64,000 nt of DNA from Cyanidioschyzon merolae. Its lineage: Eukaryota. Position 1 is the first letter of the stretch, and the number at the start of each line of letters is the position of its first letter. A model generated the notes under the pieces. It was not told the origin of the DNA and did not search any database. It was given only the letters and a program-made list of their open reading frames with translations. Shown here in pieces: positions 11,300 through 23,334 of this stretch. The translations under genes were made by a program, and so were the position numbers. Where the stretch lies: the NCBI GenBank assembly GCA_000091205.1, contig AP006483.2, one strand, 5' to 3'.

Positions 11300-14000
11300 G
11301 TGCACGCATCGCGCCGGTGAGCGCACCTGGGAGATCGGGCAGGCATGAGACACGACGTGTATGTCGCCGTTGATGGGAAACGTGATCTCGTTCAGAAGCG
11401 TGTTGTTCAGCTGTAAAAAGCTTTATTTGCGTTGGGGTCATAGCCAAGTGTAGTTTTCAGTCCATTTGTGTTTCAAACTTCAAACAAGTCTAGTCAAGTG
11501 TTTTTTCCCAGCATATACCACAAGCGTCCAAAGAGCGTTCTTTTTCAAAAAAAATAGGAAAGCTATGAAAAAGCAAGTCCACGATCCTGGAGGTCCAGTG
11601 TCGCCGGCTGCCAGAAAAAACAAAAACAATACCGAGCCCAGAAGATAAAGTAGAGAAAAAGAAGCAAATGGGGGAGGCCCCACGTCGAAGGCGGCAAGAA
11701 AGACAACTGGACAACGAGATGGTGGTTAAAGGCTGTCTTCTTAAAAATATCAAAGATTCCTAGAGGGAAAAGTTGGTAGACGCTATCAAAACACGTGTCG
11801 ACTCGTACTCCAAGAGCATTTTCAAGGCGTCGTCAGGACCGATGCATTTGGCGGGGGAGATGTATCGCGACGTGACGCACATCGAAACGGTCGAGATTCC
11901 AGACGAGTTTTTCGACGTGACCTTTATTCGTCACCTGATGCTTGGTACAGAGGAAGCGCGGATGGAAAATGAGCGGGTGCACGCCCTCCACGAAAAATAT
12001 CCCTCTTACAGCTTCGCGGGTACTCGAAACAAGGGGGACTGGAGTATTTACGACTATGGGGCGATGAAGTACCTCACGAATCTGAAGCAACATTTGACAA
12101 CGAACCTCGAATGTTTCATGATACGCGCCGTGGTTGCACTCTACCCGGACATCTCTCGCAAAGGAAAATCGGCGATTATCAATGGCATCAAGAACGATCG
12201 CAAGCATGAAGATGAGATCGAATTCGTCGGAGAGAAGGCGACAAACGAGAGCACAAAAGAAGCTTCTGTGATCCGTAAGGCTAGAGAAGAGCACCGAGCA
12301 CTCTTGGGTTGGCGAATCCAACAGAAAAGATATCAGAGTTGAAAAAAGATAAGGAAAGATACTATCGCCTCGTCCTGCGCTATTTCGTGTTTTTGGATCG
12401 TGAACTCAAACGCAAGGCGGAGATGAAGCTGAGTGGGGAAAAAATGAAGAGTGCGAGAGACGGACGGCTCTCCTAATGGGGAAGCGCTTCAAACAGTGGT
12501 TCCGTTGTGGAACATCAAGTCACATTTTGTGACTATCGATTCCAGAATCCTTCACGGCATCATGAAGTAGAACCGTCCGGATTTCAGTGTCAGCAGAGAC
12601 GATTTCTCCGGTGAAAATCGGGAAACGTACTGGAAGAATATCTTCGTTTCCGAACGTCTCAAAGTGAGCAAACAAAAGGTATTTATTGGGATGATCGAAA
12701 CCTATGGAGTAGCCATGTGTGTACACGATCGGCGCTTGAAGACAGATCGGACAGTTTCGTCCTCGGCTTCGCCCGCGACGAAGGATGAAGATGAGAAGAA
12801 GGCGGATCTTGCGACGCAGAAAGTGCACGAGAACAACATTGTCGTTGGTGCGGACCCCGGAAACACAAATATCATAAATATCGCAGCACCCAAGGGTGCG
12901 GAAGATCGCAATGACGGCAACTTTCGTCGGAAACACATGCGCCTTTTGAGGTTCTCGAGAGCGAGACACTATCTAGAATCCGGTATAATGAAGGCAAGGA
13001 AGAGGATTGACACGTGGAATGCAGGAGTGAAGGATCAGTTGGAAGCTTTGAACAAGGTGACGAGCTGAGGAGCGGACTTTGAAGTTTTTTGAAATTCATG
13101 GAAGCTCACGTTGCTCATTGGGAGACACTGTGGAAAAAGTATACCAAGCCCCGATGGGCCCGTCTGCGCACGAGTCTATAATGCGTGAAGCAGCGTGCAT
13201 TTGACAACTTTTCCAATTATTTGAACGCCCTAAAAGAGGATGAGGGTCAGAAGCTCGTTGTAGCGTACGGAGCAGGGCGCTGGATGACCCAAAAAGCGAC
13301 TGCGCCAGCTCCGTCAGCATGAAAGAACAAGGTGTGCGCAAGGCGTTTTGTTCCGAAACCGATAGATGAGTTTCGAACACCGTATACACACCATGAACTA
13401 GGCTGTACACTTCAAAGGGTCGTGATGGAAAAGTGCCTGCGGAGCCCTGAGGGTACAAAAAGTACGGAGCGTTGACGGAACAGCAAATGGAAAGCGGGCG
13501 AAAGTTCGAGGAATGCTTGCACTAGTGAGTACCGTAAATAGCAAGGAACGTGTGGAGTTTGTGAACCGAGACTTTAACTCTGCCATCAATATCAGACGGT
13601 GTGCAGTGATGTGGAAGAAACTTCCAAAGTTGACAAGAGAGAATTTTGTTGGGCAAACTCTCAAACTCGGACTATATGAGAAAAGAATGGAACCAGTAGT
13701 AGGAGGCCGGCCGAGAGCCTGGGAGGCTTCTGCACGTCAGTTGGGAACGTCTTGTCCAGAACGGATTCCTCGCCACTACTGTACACCGCGGGCGTCGTTC
13801 GACTTTTGGAAAGTGTTCGGTGTCAGGGGTGCCCACTCTAGACAACAACGATCGCGTGAACAGTTCATGTCCGTTGTGCAAGCATGGAGTCGCTTCAAGA
13901 GCTGGGCGCTGGGCCCGACTGGCCTGAAAACAACGCACGCTTGGGGGCCTATCTCGAACGCTGGTTTACCTTTGGCAGGTTTCGCAGACATTACGAAACC
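11300..14000 (+). mobile_element. TnpB/Fanzor-like element, copy 1 (degenerate); boundaries approximate
   Basis: Nucleotide homology to the 51.8-54.4 kb copy begins upstream of the ORF (about 11.3-11.5 kb) and fades past the C-terminal coding region (about 13.8-14.0 kb). Flanks differ between copies. Confidence 0.6.
11773..13830 (+). pseudogene. TnpB/Fanzor-like RuvC nuclease, interrupted (ORF pieces 11773-12342, about 12350-12640 in another frame, 12664-13068, 13513-13830)
   Basis: RuvC-I-like [17 protein letters not shown] (about 12848-12895). RuvC-III-like [15 protein letters not shown] (about 13555-13600). 60-70% aa identity to copy 2 across the N-terminal (IPDEFFD.TFIRHL.LGT), middle and C-terminal segments. 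Frame breaks fall at different places than in copy 2. Confidence 0.65.
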
Positions 14001-14625
14001 CCCCGAGAGTATCAGCGAAAACATGACGGCCGCTATGTGCATCTATTCGCTTCTTTTCATGCGGTTCGCGTGGCGAGTACAGCCGCGGAACTATCTACTC
14101 TTCGCCGTTCACTTCAGCAACGAGCTGATTCAGGCTTACCACTTGCAACGTATTTTGGGAGGATACGACTTTTACGCCGGAAAGTACGCCACTGCAGAAC
14201 GGGCCAAGTCTGAGGCTGTTCCGTCACCGTCGTCGTAGAACTCCCTGCAGATCCCCCGGAAGCATTCCGTTGGTTACCGTCATAAGCGGACGTGTTGTTG
14301 CCATATGGGAGCGAGACGCGGTGTCGTAAGCCTTGACTTGAATCCGAAACTTCTTCGACTCTTGATAGCGCACGAAGGTATGGAGCACTGCTGAGTCGAG
14401 GCCGAGCACCGATGCGAAACCAGCTTTGCGTTCGATAACGCAGGGTCCGCGCATTGCGCTTCTATCCGAATAGGATCATTTCTTAAATTTTCCGGATACT
14501 TCTGCAGATGATGCAAAGCACCTGACAGGGACGCTCTCTTGCACGGCTAACGTACAATATCAGGATCGCAAAACGTTAGCAGCGTCATGCAGCATTCAGC
14601 CTTGCCCCGCGATCATTCAGCAGTC

Positions 14626-15894
14626 TTATGAGCTATCTGCAGCCCACTCGCCCAGATCAATAACTTGGGCATCTGGTGGAGCAGTTCCGCCGGATTCGAG
14701 GAATCGGTACCACCACAGCTGCAGTAATTCATAGGCCAAAAGTGTAATACCAAACTGCGGAGCTGATCTCGCCATACGGGGGCCAAATCCCTTCCAAAAT
14801 GCCGTGCCACCTTCTTCTGCGTAAATATGTCGCACACAGTCCCACATGCCCCGGTAAACCTGAGACTGTGTGCCCCGATGCGCTTGCATCGTCGTCTTGA
14901 CCACGTCAAATGGAGTTGTAACACCAGCAGCGATAGATCCGGCAATGATTCCAGCCAACAAACTGTTCTGCAGATGAAGGCTACTCCCTGGCAAGGGACC
15001 TGCATCCTTCGACGGCACAGCAGCTGCCCGCTCGAGCTCTGATGCTGCTTTCGACTCGAGCGAACCCAGATCAGCGCCCTGTCCGGACGGATTCTTCGAA
15101 TGCCCATCGGACGAGCGCGTAAGACCAGCTGGTAATCGATCCCTCAATCTATAGTATAATGGAAAAAATATCGCCGCAAAGATGCTATCTCGAGCAAGGC
15201 ACGGCACACTGCCGGTGTAGAGGCCGCGAATACCCAGCTCACGAACGACATCCAATAGGCCTTTCGGTTGCACCGAGGTAGCACCCATTGAGGAAGCGAT
15301 TTCGCGCTGGAGGGCCAGTCGCACCATCAAAATTTCGCCAACATTCGTGAAAATAACTTGGGAGGCGCCTCCGCATGCACCGGCGCATACGTCTACTAGT
15401 AACTGCGCTGTGCTTGGCGAGAGGCCAGGACGAGCTTCTGCCAGCGCGGTTCTGTGTTCTATATCGCGTACCAGCGGCGACAGCGATGCCCGAATCGCGT
15501 CATTTACAGCAAGTTTAATGGCTTTCTCGGGCGCGACGCCGAGAATCTGCGGCACGACTCCTTGGAAAAGCCCCTGTACTCCGCGCGAATGAACAACTTT
15601 TCGGACGCAGTCCCATGCTCCCGTATACGACGTGCTGCCGACGCCAGGGGATCCACGGGCTCCCACAGTCCTCTTCTGGTACTGTAACTGCATCTTCACA
15701 AAGTTGATGGGATATGTGAAATAGGCGCCCACAGCACCGGCCACACCGCCGAGAAAAAAGTTTCGCAGCGACTCACCGAGCCACGGCGCTGGGAAGCCCC
15801 GCGCCAGCGTCTTCTCCGAGGTCGGTGCCAGGCCGATCACAGAGCTGTTGGCAGTCATTGCACAAAACCGACGCACGGTTACAGCAAGAGCCAC
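14626..15894 (-). CDS. Mitochondrial carrier family (solute carrier 25) protein
   Basis: 422 aa with three repeats. They carry the P-x-[DE]-x-x-[KR] signatures PINFVKMQLQ, PFDVVKTTMQ and a GLYTGSVPCLARD-type third repeat. There are six predicted TM helices. Confidence 0.8.
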   Translation of the reverse strand: MALAVTVRRFCAMTANSSVIGLAPTSEKTLARGFPAPWLGESLRNFFLGGVAGAVGAYFTYPINFVKMQLQYQKRTVGARGSPGVGSTSYTGAWDCVRKVVHSRGVQGLFQGVVPQILGVAPEKAIKLAVNDAIRASLSPLVRDIEHRTALAEARPGLSPSTAQLLVDVCAGACGGASQVIFTNVGEILMVRLALQREIASSMGATSVQPKGLLDVVRELGIRGLYTGSVPCLARDSIFAAIFFPLYYRLRDRLPAGLTRSSDGHSKNPSGQGADLGSLESKAASELERAAAVPSKDAGPLPGSSLHLQNSLLAGIIAGSIAAGVTTPFDVVKTTMQAHRGTQSQVYRGMWDCVRHIYAEEGGTAFWKGFGPRMARSAPQFGITLLAYELLQLWWYRFLESGGTAPPDAQVIDLGEWAADSS

Positions 15895-16506
15895 TCAGCA
15901 GCCCTATAAGTGATGTCGCGTACAAGCCTGGGCAAGTGCCCGCCCGCCACAACTCCTGGCGTGCGGGAAGCGCGCTCTCCGGGGACGCCCGTTGAGCCGC
16001 AGCTGGCCCCCGAGTGCTTGCCGTTACCGCGTGTGGACTTGTTCGCTCGGCGGACGGACACTGCTCCAGTTGCTTTAAGGTTCCGTACCCTCCGTGCCCT
16101 GGACTAGGAGAGCGCGACCTCTGAAACCCCGTACGCTCAGTACACAAACTTGACAGCGCGACTGCGCTTTTTGTGTTGCTATACGTAACGTCCTAGACGC
16201 GTTGGCGTTGCGGCCAGCGCGAGGTACCGCTGGCGTCCAGGTGTCGCGGAATTGTGTACAGCGTCTATGAACATTCATGTAAGAATAAACTGGAAAGCTC
16301 AAGTTAACGATCTCATTCGTCGAGAAAAAAGGTTCAGTTCTTGTTCTATTGTTATCGAAACCTCTGTTCGCGAGCTCTTTTCGTGACTGGTTTCTTTTCT
16401 TCTGTTTATCTCTGGCTTCCCATACGCCGGTGTCTCTTCTCCGTTCAAGTCCAAGATGAACGGTTGAAAGACGCAGATGACAGCATCAATGAAAGGTTTC
16501 AGATAC

Positions 16507-16540
16507 TTGTTGTTGTTGTTGTTTTTGTTGCTGCTGTTGT
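16507..16540. repeat. (GTT/GCT)n microsatellite
   Basis: gttgttgttgttgtttttgttgctgctgttgtc. Confidence 0.85.
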
Positions 16541-16549
16541 CGACGCATT

Positions 16550-17110
16550 TCATGTGCATGCGGAAGCTGCGATCCACGCTCCACTTTCCATTTTCATCTT
16601 CTTCGCATAGTGCCTCGATGCGCTCTTTGCAGCGATCACACTAGAATATGATAACAGATTCCAGTATGTCGACAGCGGTCTACCTACGACCGCTGTCGGA
16701 TAGCTCGTGAACACTTGCCGCATCCCTCGGTACATGCCGCTGACGGATACAGAACGCTGGCCTCGGCAACCGCCTCCGTTTCGGCACCCGGTCGCATACC
16801 CTCTAATCAAAGACTGTGCTGCGCGAATCCATTGGCTTGTGCACGCTCTTCTGTACACGCTAGCACATACTGTTGCATTCAAGAGAGGATTTGCGCTAAG
16901 CAACGTCGTCCACGGTGAAGTATGTATCGGAATGAAAATCCACGCTAAAGAACAGATCGAGAAATTTCGATCCGTCTTGGCTGCTGTCGAGCAAAGTGGT
17001 GACGCATTCTCCATTGAAAGCGATCACTGCAAGAGCTCAACGCCGAGTCCATGACTCTTTCCCGTGCAAACAGAAGAGACGGGAGCCTTATAGAGCATAC
17101 TCCCTGACAA
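16550..17110. repeat. Diverged paralogous segment A (pairs with 24430-25080)
   Basis: About 65% nt identity over about 500 bp with segment B, ending in the perfect 17-mer caaacagaagagacggg (17050-17066 vs 25020-25036). ORFs are conserved on both strands (MNTCRIPRYMPLTDTE vs MNTCFIARNVPLTITE; SVSGMYRGMRQVFTSYPTAVVG vs IVKGTFRAMKQVFMRYRTVLGD). Confidence 0.6.
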
Positions 17111-18551
17111 GTCTCTTTTTGCTAAAGAATGCGGCTTCGTCTGTGCCAATGTGGAAATGAGGATTTGTATTTCGAGGGGGGCTAGCTCCGGTTTCTGACA
17201 TGTCCAGTGATTTTTCGAGATGAGCTCTTGATCAGGTCGTCAACGAAGAACCTCGAGTAGCGTTTGCATGTCCATCTGATGGCGCCAAGTAATGTGCCAA
17301 AGAGATGCCCGGAAACAGCAAGACTGAATAATTGAAAAATATCTGAATCGAGCATACAACATACACGTATGGAGAGCAGAAGAAAGGAGGCTTATACGCA
17401 TGGATTGCCAAAAATGATTTGATCTAGTTCACGGACCTCTGCTGAAGGGCATTGCGAATCATCTTGATTCCAGTGACATACCGAATGCAAGCGGCAGAGC
17501 GTCGAAAGAGCCACACCCAAACACGATCGTGCATCCGAAACCCACGTATGAATCGGTAATTCTTTATCGCTGCACTTTAGATATCAATGCTGTTGGTATG
17601 AAACAAGTTCGGGAGGAAAAGTCCAGATCTATGAACAGAGCGACTCGTCCCACGTTCCATTTGCATCCCACCCGGGTGGAGCGCTTCATCGTCGATTTCC
17701 CAGGGCGCGTCACAAACTCAGCCATTATAGAATTTTGTGCAAATTTATGAAGATAAAACCCTCACGCAAGTGTGGCGAGCGCGCGTCCAGCATGCCATAC
17801 CAGTAAGCGCATCCGTTTGCCTGCTCGCGCCGATACCTTCATACATGGGTTCAGTCGACTTACCCAGAAAGAGACCCGGTCGCCACGTTCCCGTCGGTAT
17901 GCGTCCAAGTTGTGCAGCCCGAACGCCAACCGCGACACGTCATTCGCATGCGTACTCAGACAAATATCGATGCCAAGCGCCCAGCTGCATATGCGCGTGA
18001 CCGGCTGGACGCAGCGCACCCCTAGGCTTCTTCTCGCGTACCCAAGGCCGGTCCGTAATCGAGATTCGCATGTTCGTGCCTATCCCCGTTCACATAACGT
18101 ACCGAAACGAAGAAACGCTTGATCCATGAACAAGGTGCCGGTCCGCGGAACGGTGACGGTCCGAGCGAACGCGCGGGTCGCGAACCGGTTTGCCTTGCAC
18201 TTAGTCCGGTACCAATTAATGGACATGAATTTCGCTTGCAAAAAATCCACCTCGATGCATGATAAAAGCCCTTAACTTCTCTTCTGAACGACGACACATG
18301 CCACGGCTGTGGCGCTCCATATCTGCGAATGCAGGCTCTGCGTGCGATCACTCCGCAACCACAGCACACCGCGTATAACAGTCTCAGTCGCTAACGGTGA
18401 ACAGTGCGAATAGCGACTGCGCCTGTCCAACGCTGCCGTGTACATCGCACCGCCCATAGAGGCGTTCGCGACCGATCGCCCCTTCATAGCGGAGACGTTT
18501 CGAATTGCTGCATGATCCGTTCGCATCAAGTCGTAGCATCCACGCTAGACT

Positions 18552-19760
18552 TCAGATCGCATCGCCCAGATACCAATCCGTGGAACTATTCGAGTCCTCC
18601 GCATGCTGCCGAGCTCGATTAGTACTGTGAACGCGCGCTGCAGTCGCTGCACGCTGGTCCATTTCAAAGGCGGGATAGACGCCTTTGGGGTACGATAGTT
18701 TGCCGACCTCTCGAGCAGGGACCCCGCTGACAATCGTGTACGGCGGCACGTCCTTGAGTACCACCGAACTGGCCGTGATTTGAGCTCCATCGCCGATGCG
18801 AATATTCCCTAGAACCGTCGCACCAGCACCCAAAAGCACGCCACGGCCGACTTTAGGATGACGATCGCCAGCCTCTTTGCCGGTTCCACCAAGCGTGACG
18901 TTGTGCAGCATCGACACATCATTGCCCACAACAGCGGTTTCGCCAATAACAATGCCTGTCGCGTGGTCGATCATAACACCACTTCCGATCCGCGCTGCGG
19001 GGTGAATATCGACCGCGAAACACTTTGAGATCTCGCTCTGAAGAAAGAGTGCCAGAACTTTGCGATCCTGGCGCCAGAGCAGGTGTGCCAGTCGATAGGC
19101 CTGCAACGCAGCATAGCCCTTGCTATACATGAGCACCGCTACACAGTGTTTCATAGCGGGATCGCGGCGCACAACAGCGAGAAGATCCGCACGTATCGCC
19201 TCCCTATACGACTTGTCTTGATAAAGTGCGTCACGAAAAAGCTTCACGTATTGGGTTGCCTGAAAGAACGGTGAAGCAAGCTCATTCGCCAGATGAAAAG
19301 CCAGCGTATCCTCCAAGCATCGGTGGTTAAGTACCGTTGCGTATAGCGAGCTCGCAAGCTGCGGCTCGTTTGCAGCCCCTATCTCTGCCTCTCGTCGAAC
19401 GAGTTCCCAAACCGGGTCGCTCGAGTAGGTAAGCGTTCGAACCATATCGTCAACGGAAATCACAGGACCGAAACCTCCACCGATCTGCGGTGGTGACCCC
19501 AGCGGCCAGACAACTCTAGCCCCAACTGCAGCGCTGCGCGACGTTTCAGAACGTGTATCCGTTATGTGCTCGATGGCGGAATCGCGTGCCTCGGAAACGC
19601 CATCGTTGCTGGAACGGCCATGGCCCCGAACGTGCTGCAGGCGAGCGCTGCGCAGCGGACACTGCCCCCTGGAACGCACCCGTTTCCGAACAGACTGCAG
19701 CGCTCTGTGCGAAGGGTGCACACGCAGCGTTTGATACAATCTACCTGTTGTTGCGAACAT
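18552..19760 (-). CDS. cysE: Serine O-acetyltransferase (CysE family, left-handed beta-helix hexapeptide repeats) with N-terminal extension (putative organellar targeting)
   Basis: 402 aa. FAVDIHPAARIGSGVMIDHATGIVIGETAVVGNDVSMLHNVTLGGTG...HPKVGRGVLLGAGATVLGNIRIGDGAQITASSVV is a canonical SAT core. Upstream is the SATase N-terminal helical domain (YREAIRADLLAVVRRDPA). Confidence 0.85.
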   Translation of the reverse strand: MFATTGRLYQTLRVHPSHRALQSVRKRVRSRGQCPLRSARLQHVRGHGRSSNDGVSEARDSAIEHITDTRSETSRSAAVGARVVWPLGSPPQIGGGFGPVISVDDMVRTLTYSSDPVWELVRREAEIGAANEPQLASSLYATVLNHRCLEDTLAFHLANELASPFFQATQYVKLFRDALYQDKSYREAIRADLLAVVRRDPAMKHCVAVLMYSKGYAALQAYRLAHLLWRQDRKVLALFLQSEISKCFAVDIHPAARIGSGVMIDHATGIVIGETAVVGNDVSMLHNVTLGGTGKEAGDRHPKVGRGVLLGAGATVLGNIRIGDGAQITASSVVLKDVPPYTIVSGVPAREVGKLSYPKGVYPAFEMDQRAATAARVHSTNRARQHAEDSNSSTDWYLGDAI

Positions 19761-19849
19761 GTGCCACAGCGCAGTAGACGACTACGGACTCAGTGCTCCG
19801 ACTCCATAGATCGAGTAACACAAGCACTGGGCACCTTTCCGCGCCTCCG

Positions 19850-20870
19850 CGCTATCCAGGGACACGGCATCGATGCGTGCTGCGCATTGATGTCCAATAC
19901 ATACATGAATATACATATTCCTCCCATGTAGTTCGGAGGCTAGACGGCTGTCGCTATCCAGGGATACGGCATCGATGCGTGCTGCGCATTGATGTCCAAT
20001 ACATACATGAATATACATATTCCTCCCATGTATTTCGGAGGCTAGACGGCTGTCGCTATCCAGGGATACGGCATCGATGCGTGCTGCGCATTGATGTCCA
20101 ATACATACATGAATATACATATTCCTCCCATGTATTTCGGAGGCTAGACGGCTGTCGCTATCCAGGGATACGGCATCGATGGGTGCTGCGCATTGATGTC
20201 CAATACATACATGCATATACATATTCCTCCCATGTATTTCGGAGGCTAGACGGCTGTCGCTATCCAGGGACACGGCATCGATGCGTGCTGCGCATTGATG
20301 TCCAATACATACATGAATATACATATTCCTCCCATGTAGTTCGGAGGCTAGACGGCTGTCGCTATCCAGGGATACGGCATCGATGCGTGCTGCGCATTGA
20401 TGTCCAATACATACATGAATATACATATTCCTCCCATGTATTTCGGAGGCTAGACGGCTGTCGCAATCCAGGGATACGGCATCGATGCGTGCTGCGCATT
20501 GATGTCCAATACATACATGAATATACATATTCCTCCCATGTAGTTCGGAGGCTAGACGGCTGTCGCTATCCAGGGATACGGCATCGATGCGTGCTGCGCA
20601 TTGATGTCCAATACATACATGAATATACATATTCCTCCCATGTATTTCGGAGGCTAGACGGCTGTCGCTATCCAGGGATACGGCATCGATGGGTGCTGCG
20701 CATTGATGTCCAATACATACATGAATATACATATTCCTCCCATGTAGTTCGGAGGCTAGACGGCTGTCGCTATCCAGGGATACGGCATCGATGCGTGCTG
20801 CGCATTGATGTCCAATACATACATGAATATACATATTCCTCCCATGTATTTCGGAGGCTAAACGGCCTGT
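19850..20870. repeat. 102-bp minisatellite, about 10 tandem units with two alternating variants
   Basis: Unit cgctatccaggga[c/t]acggcatcgatg[c/g]gtgctgcgcattgatgtccaatacatacatgaatatacatattcctcccatgta[g/t]ttcggaggctagacggctgt. Period 102 counted from 19850, 19952, 20054 and onwards. It lies immediately 5' of the cysE-like start codon (19760). Confidence 0.9.
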
Positions 20871-22110
20871 GCTGGCAGCGCTACGCGGCGACTGTGTCGC
20901 ACAGCCGATGTACGGGCAGCAGGATTCCAGGGACGTGTCAGCAATTGGTTTGGCTGGGCGATGGACCTCAGCGCTTTCACAGAAAAGACCGGGTATAGCG
21001 TCAGCATCATCGTAAACGGCTGGCGATGACGGAGTTTGGCATGTGGTGCGCTCGTGCCGCCTGCGTTGCCCGTGCGGTTCATATTCGCGGGTAGTGCACG
21101 CGGTGGATGGAAGCGCTAGGTTGCTAGGTGCCCAGCCTCTGCAACAAGCTGCAACGTGTCCCAAGTACGGTCTCGTTTCGGGACAAGCGTCTGGGAGATA
21201 GCCAATGGAATCAATACGTGAGGCACCATGTCGCGCTTTGCTCTCGAAATGAACGAGCTCGGAGCGATAGCGGAGAGAGGGCCTAAGAACCCGATGCTGG
21301 CTTCGCGGCCGAAGTAGTAGAAAATGCGAAAGCGCATTGTCTTGGTCGGTTCACGCGATCTAGATTTGGTCTTTCGGCAAGTGCATGATGCCAAGATGCG
21401 GTACACTCGGACCGTGAGCATATGTCGACGAACCACAAGAATGAGCGGTGAATTTCGTGAGCGCTTCCCCATCGGCAATATCAAGCGCTAGCGAGTTGCT
21501 GGCTCTTGTGCATCTCTCAGTTTAAGCTGCATCCTGCGGACATGCATCCAATCGCTGTTGTTCAGAGAGGCGGCGCTCTGCCCGTAGACGCGGCATCTGT
21601 GCAGTGTGATACATCTGTGGCCACCTAGCAGACGCATGGACGACAGCGTCGCGTCGTCTACCCGGTGCTTGCGGGTCCAGGGCGCTGCGGCGAAGGCATC
21701 GTAGGTGTCCAAAAAGCCGCTGCCGGGGCAAGGCGGAGATCACCCTGACTACCGCCAGGATCCGACTTGACGGCACCCGCAGGACTTTCGCTGCTTTCGA
21801 TTCCCGGTTTCAGACTACGTGAGCGATGCTAGCCGAAACCGTATCCTGTGACGAAAAAGATGATCGCGCTCAGATCTGTTTTACACATCAGATCTATGTA
21901 TCCTTAAGAAGGGCGCTTTGCTCCGCATTCATTCGTGGGATGACATTGCGTTACAGATTCGACAATGAACCGCACGGCCTAACCTACATGGATCTTAACG
22001 TCCTAAAAATATCACCGAGACGTATGAGGAAGACCCAGGAGACCCGTTGCAACCAGGGACCAACGAAAACTTGGGGATACCCTCGGCCGTTGCAGTGAAG
22101 TGCACAAACG

Positions 22111-23334
22111 CTACTCTGGGATCGTCAGCATGACTTTCACTGCACCATTCGCGGCAGTGCGAGCTGTTTCAAATGCAGCTTCGAGGCTGGACTCCTCCAG
22201 GCCCATAAAACGATGTGTTATGAGCGGTTTCACATTCACCCGGCCCGAGGCTAGCAAAGCGATACACGTCGGATAAGTGTTGCTGTACCGGAAGACGCCG
22301 AAGATGTCAATCTCTCGACTCGAAGCATCAACAAGCGGGACATGCATCGCACTAGACCCCATGCCAACCAGACAAATACGTCCACCAGGCCGAACGACGT
22401 GCATCGCCAGTCGCATGGTCGACTCGAGCCCCGCGCAGTCTAAAGCGATGTCCGCTTGAGCGCCATCTAATGCTTGTTGCACAACCAGGGCAGCGTCGTG
22501 CTCGTCGAGATCACGGGTATTGATGACGGCATCGGCACCGGCATGCGTTTCAGCGAATGCCAACCGGCGATCATCAATATCGGTGACAACGATGATAGAG
22601 GCACCAAACGCTTTGGCAACCATGCAGTTTAGTAAACCGATCGGTCCAGCACCCAAAACAAGCACTAGGGAGCCTATCGTCGTTCCTGCACGTCGGTTTG
22701 CGTGTACTGCAACGCTCAGTGGCTCGCACATTGCACCCTCTTCGAGTGATACGGACTCGGGTAGGCGGTAGCACCAGGCGGCGGGATGGCAGACGTAGCG
22801 CGCCAGCGAGCCGTCTACAGGCGGTGTTGCAAAAAACTTAATGTTCGGACAGAGGTTGTAGCGACCCTCGCGACAGCGTTGACACTGTAAACAGGGAACG
22901 CCAGGTTCGAGCGCGACGCGGTCACCAACTTGGAGGCTCGTAACGCCCGCACCAAGCGCCTCAACGACGCCCGCCGACTCGTGGCCGATGATCATCGGAT
23001 CGTGGAGACGAAACGGGCCACAACTTCCGTGCCACCAGTAGTGCACGTCCGAACCACAGATACCTACGCAACGCATCTGGAGGCGTACCTCTCCAGGTGC
23101 TGGCGCTGGCACGCTCCGGAGCATGACGCGAAGCTCGCGCGGTCGCACCAGTACTCCACACGGGTTCGCCTTCTCGTTGAGAACCGAACCCGCATCCGAC
23201 TCTTCTAATTCGGTCTCCATTTCACTCATCACACCTAAGCAACACCTGATTTCGCCGGGAAACCTACCAGGCGGGTACCTGGTTCTCAAGAGACCAGCGA
23301 ACAACGACGAAACGTTTCGTTTGAACCTCCTCAC
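22111..23334 (-). CDS. Zinc-dependent medium-chain dehydrogenase, sorbitol/xylitol dehydrogenase type
   Basis: 407 aa. GHESAGVVEALGAGV (zinc-ADH signature), CLQCQRCREGRYNLC (structural Zn), KFFATPPVDGSLARY (SDH-specific), VLGAGPIGLL (NAD). The roughly 60-aa N-terminal extension may not be translated; internal Mets are at MSEMETE.. / MLRSVPAP... Confidence 0.8.
   Translation of the reverse strand: MRRFKRNVSSLFAGLLRTRYPPGRFPGEIRCCLGVMSEMETELEESDAGSVLNEKANPCGVLVRPRELRVMLRSVPAPAPGEVRLQMRCVGICGSDVHYWWHGSCGPFRLHDPMIIGHESAGVVEALGAGVTSLQVGDRVALEPGVPCLQCQRCREGRYNLCPNIKFFATPPVDGSLARYVCHPAAWCYRLPESVSLEEGAMCEPLSVAVHANRRAGTTIGSLVLVLGAGPIGLLNCMVAKAFGASIIVVTDIDDRRLAFAETHAGADAVINTRDLDEHDAALVVQQALDGAQADIALDCAGLESTMRLAMHVVRPGGRICLVGMGSSAMHVPLVDASSREIDIFGVFRYSNTYPTCIALLASGRVNVKPLITHRFMGLEESSLEAAFETARTAANGAVKVMLTIPE

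Noticed and set aside
19850-20870. CRISPR-like regular repeats
   Set aside because: Units are contiguous 102-bp tandem copies with no unique spacers. The DNA is eukaryotic and there are no cas genes.
19782-21164. 460-aa (-) and 401-aa (+) ORFs with internally repeated peptides
   Set aside because: Both are in-frame translations of the 102-bp minisatellite (34-aa period) on opposite strands. There is no start context and no protein-like composition, so they are repeat artefacts.
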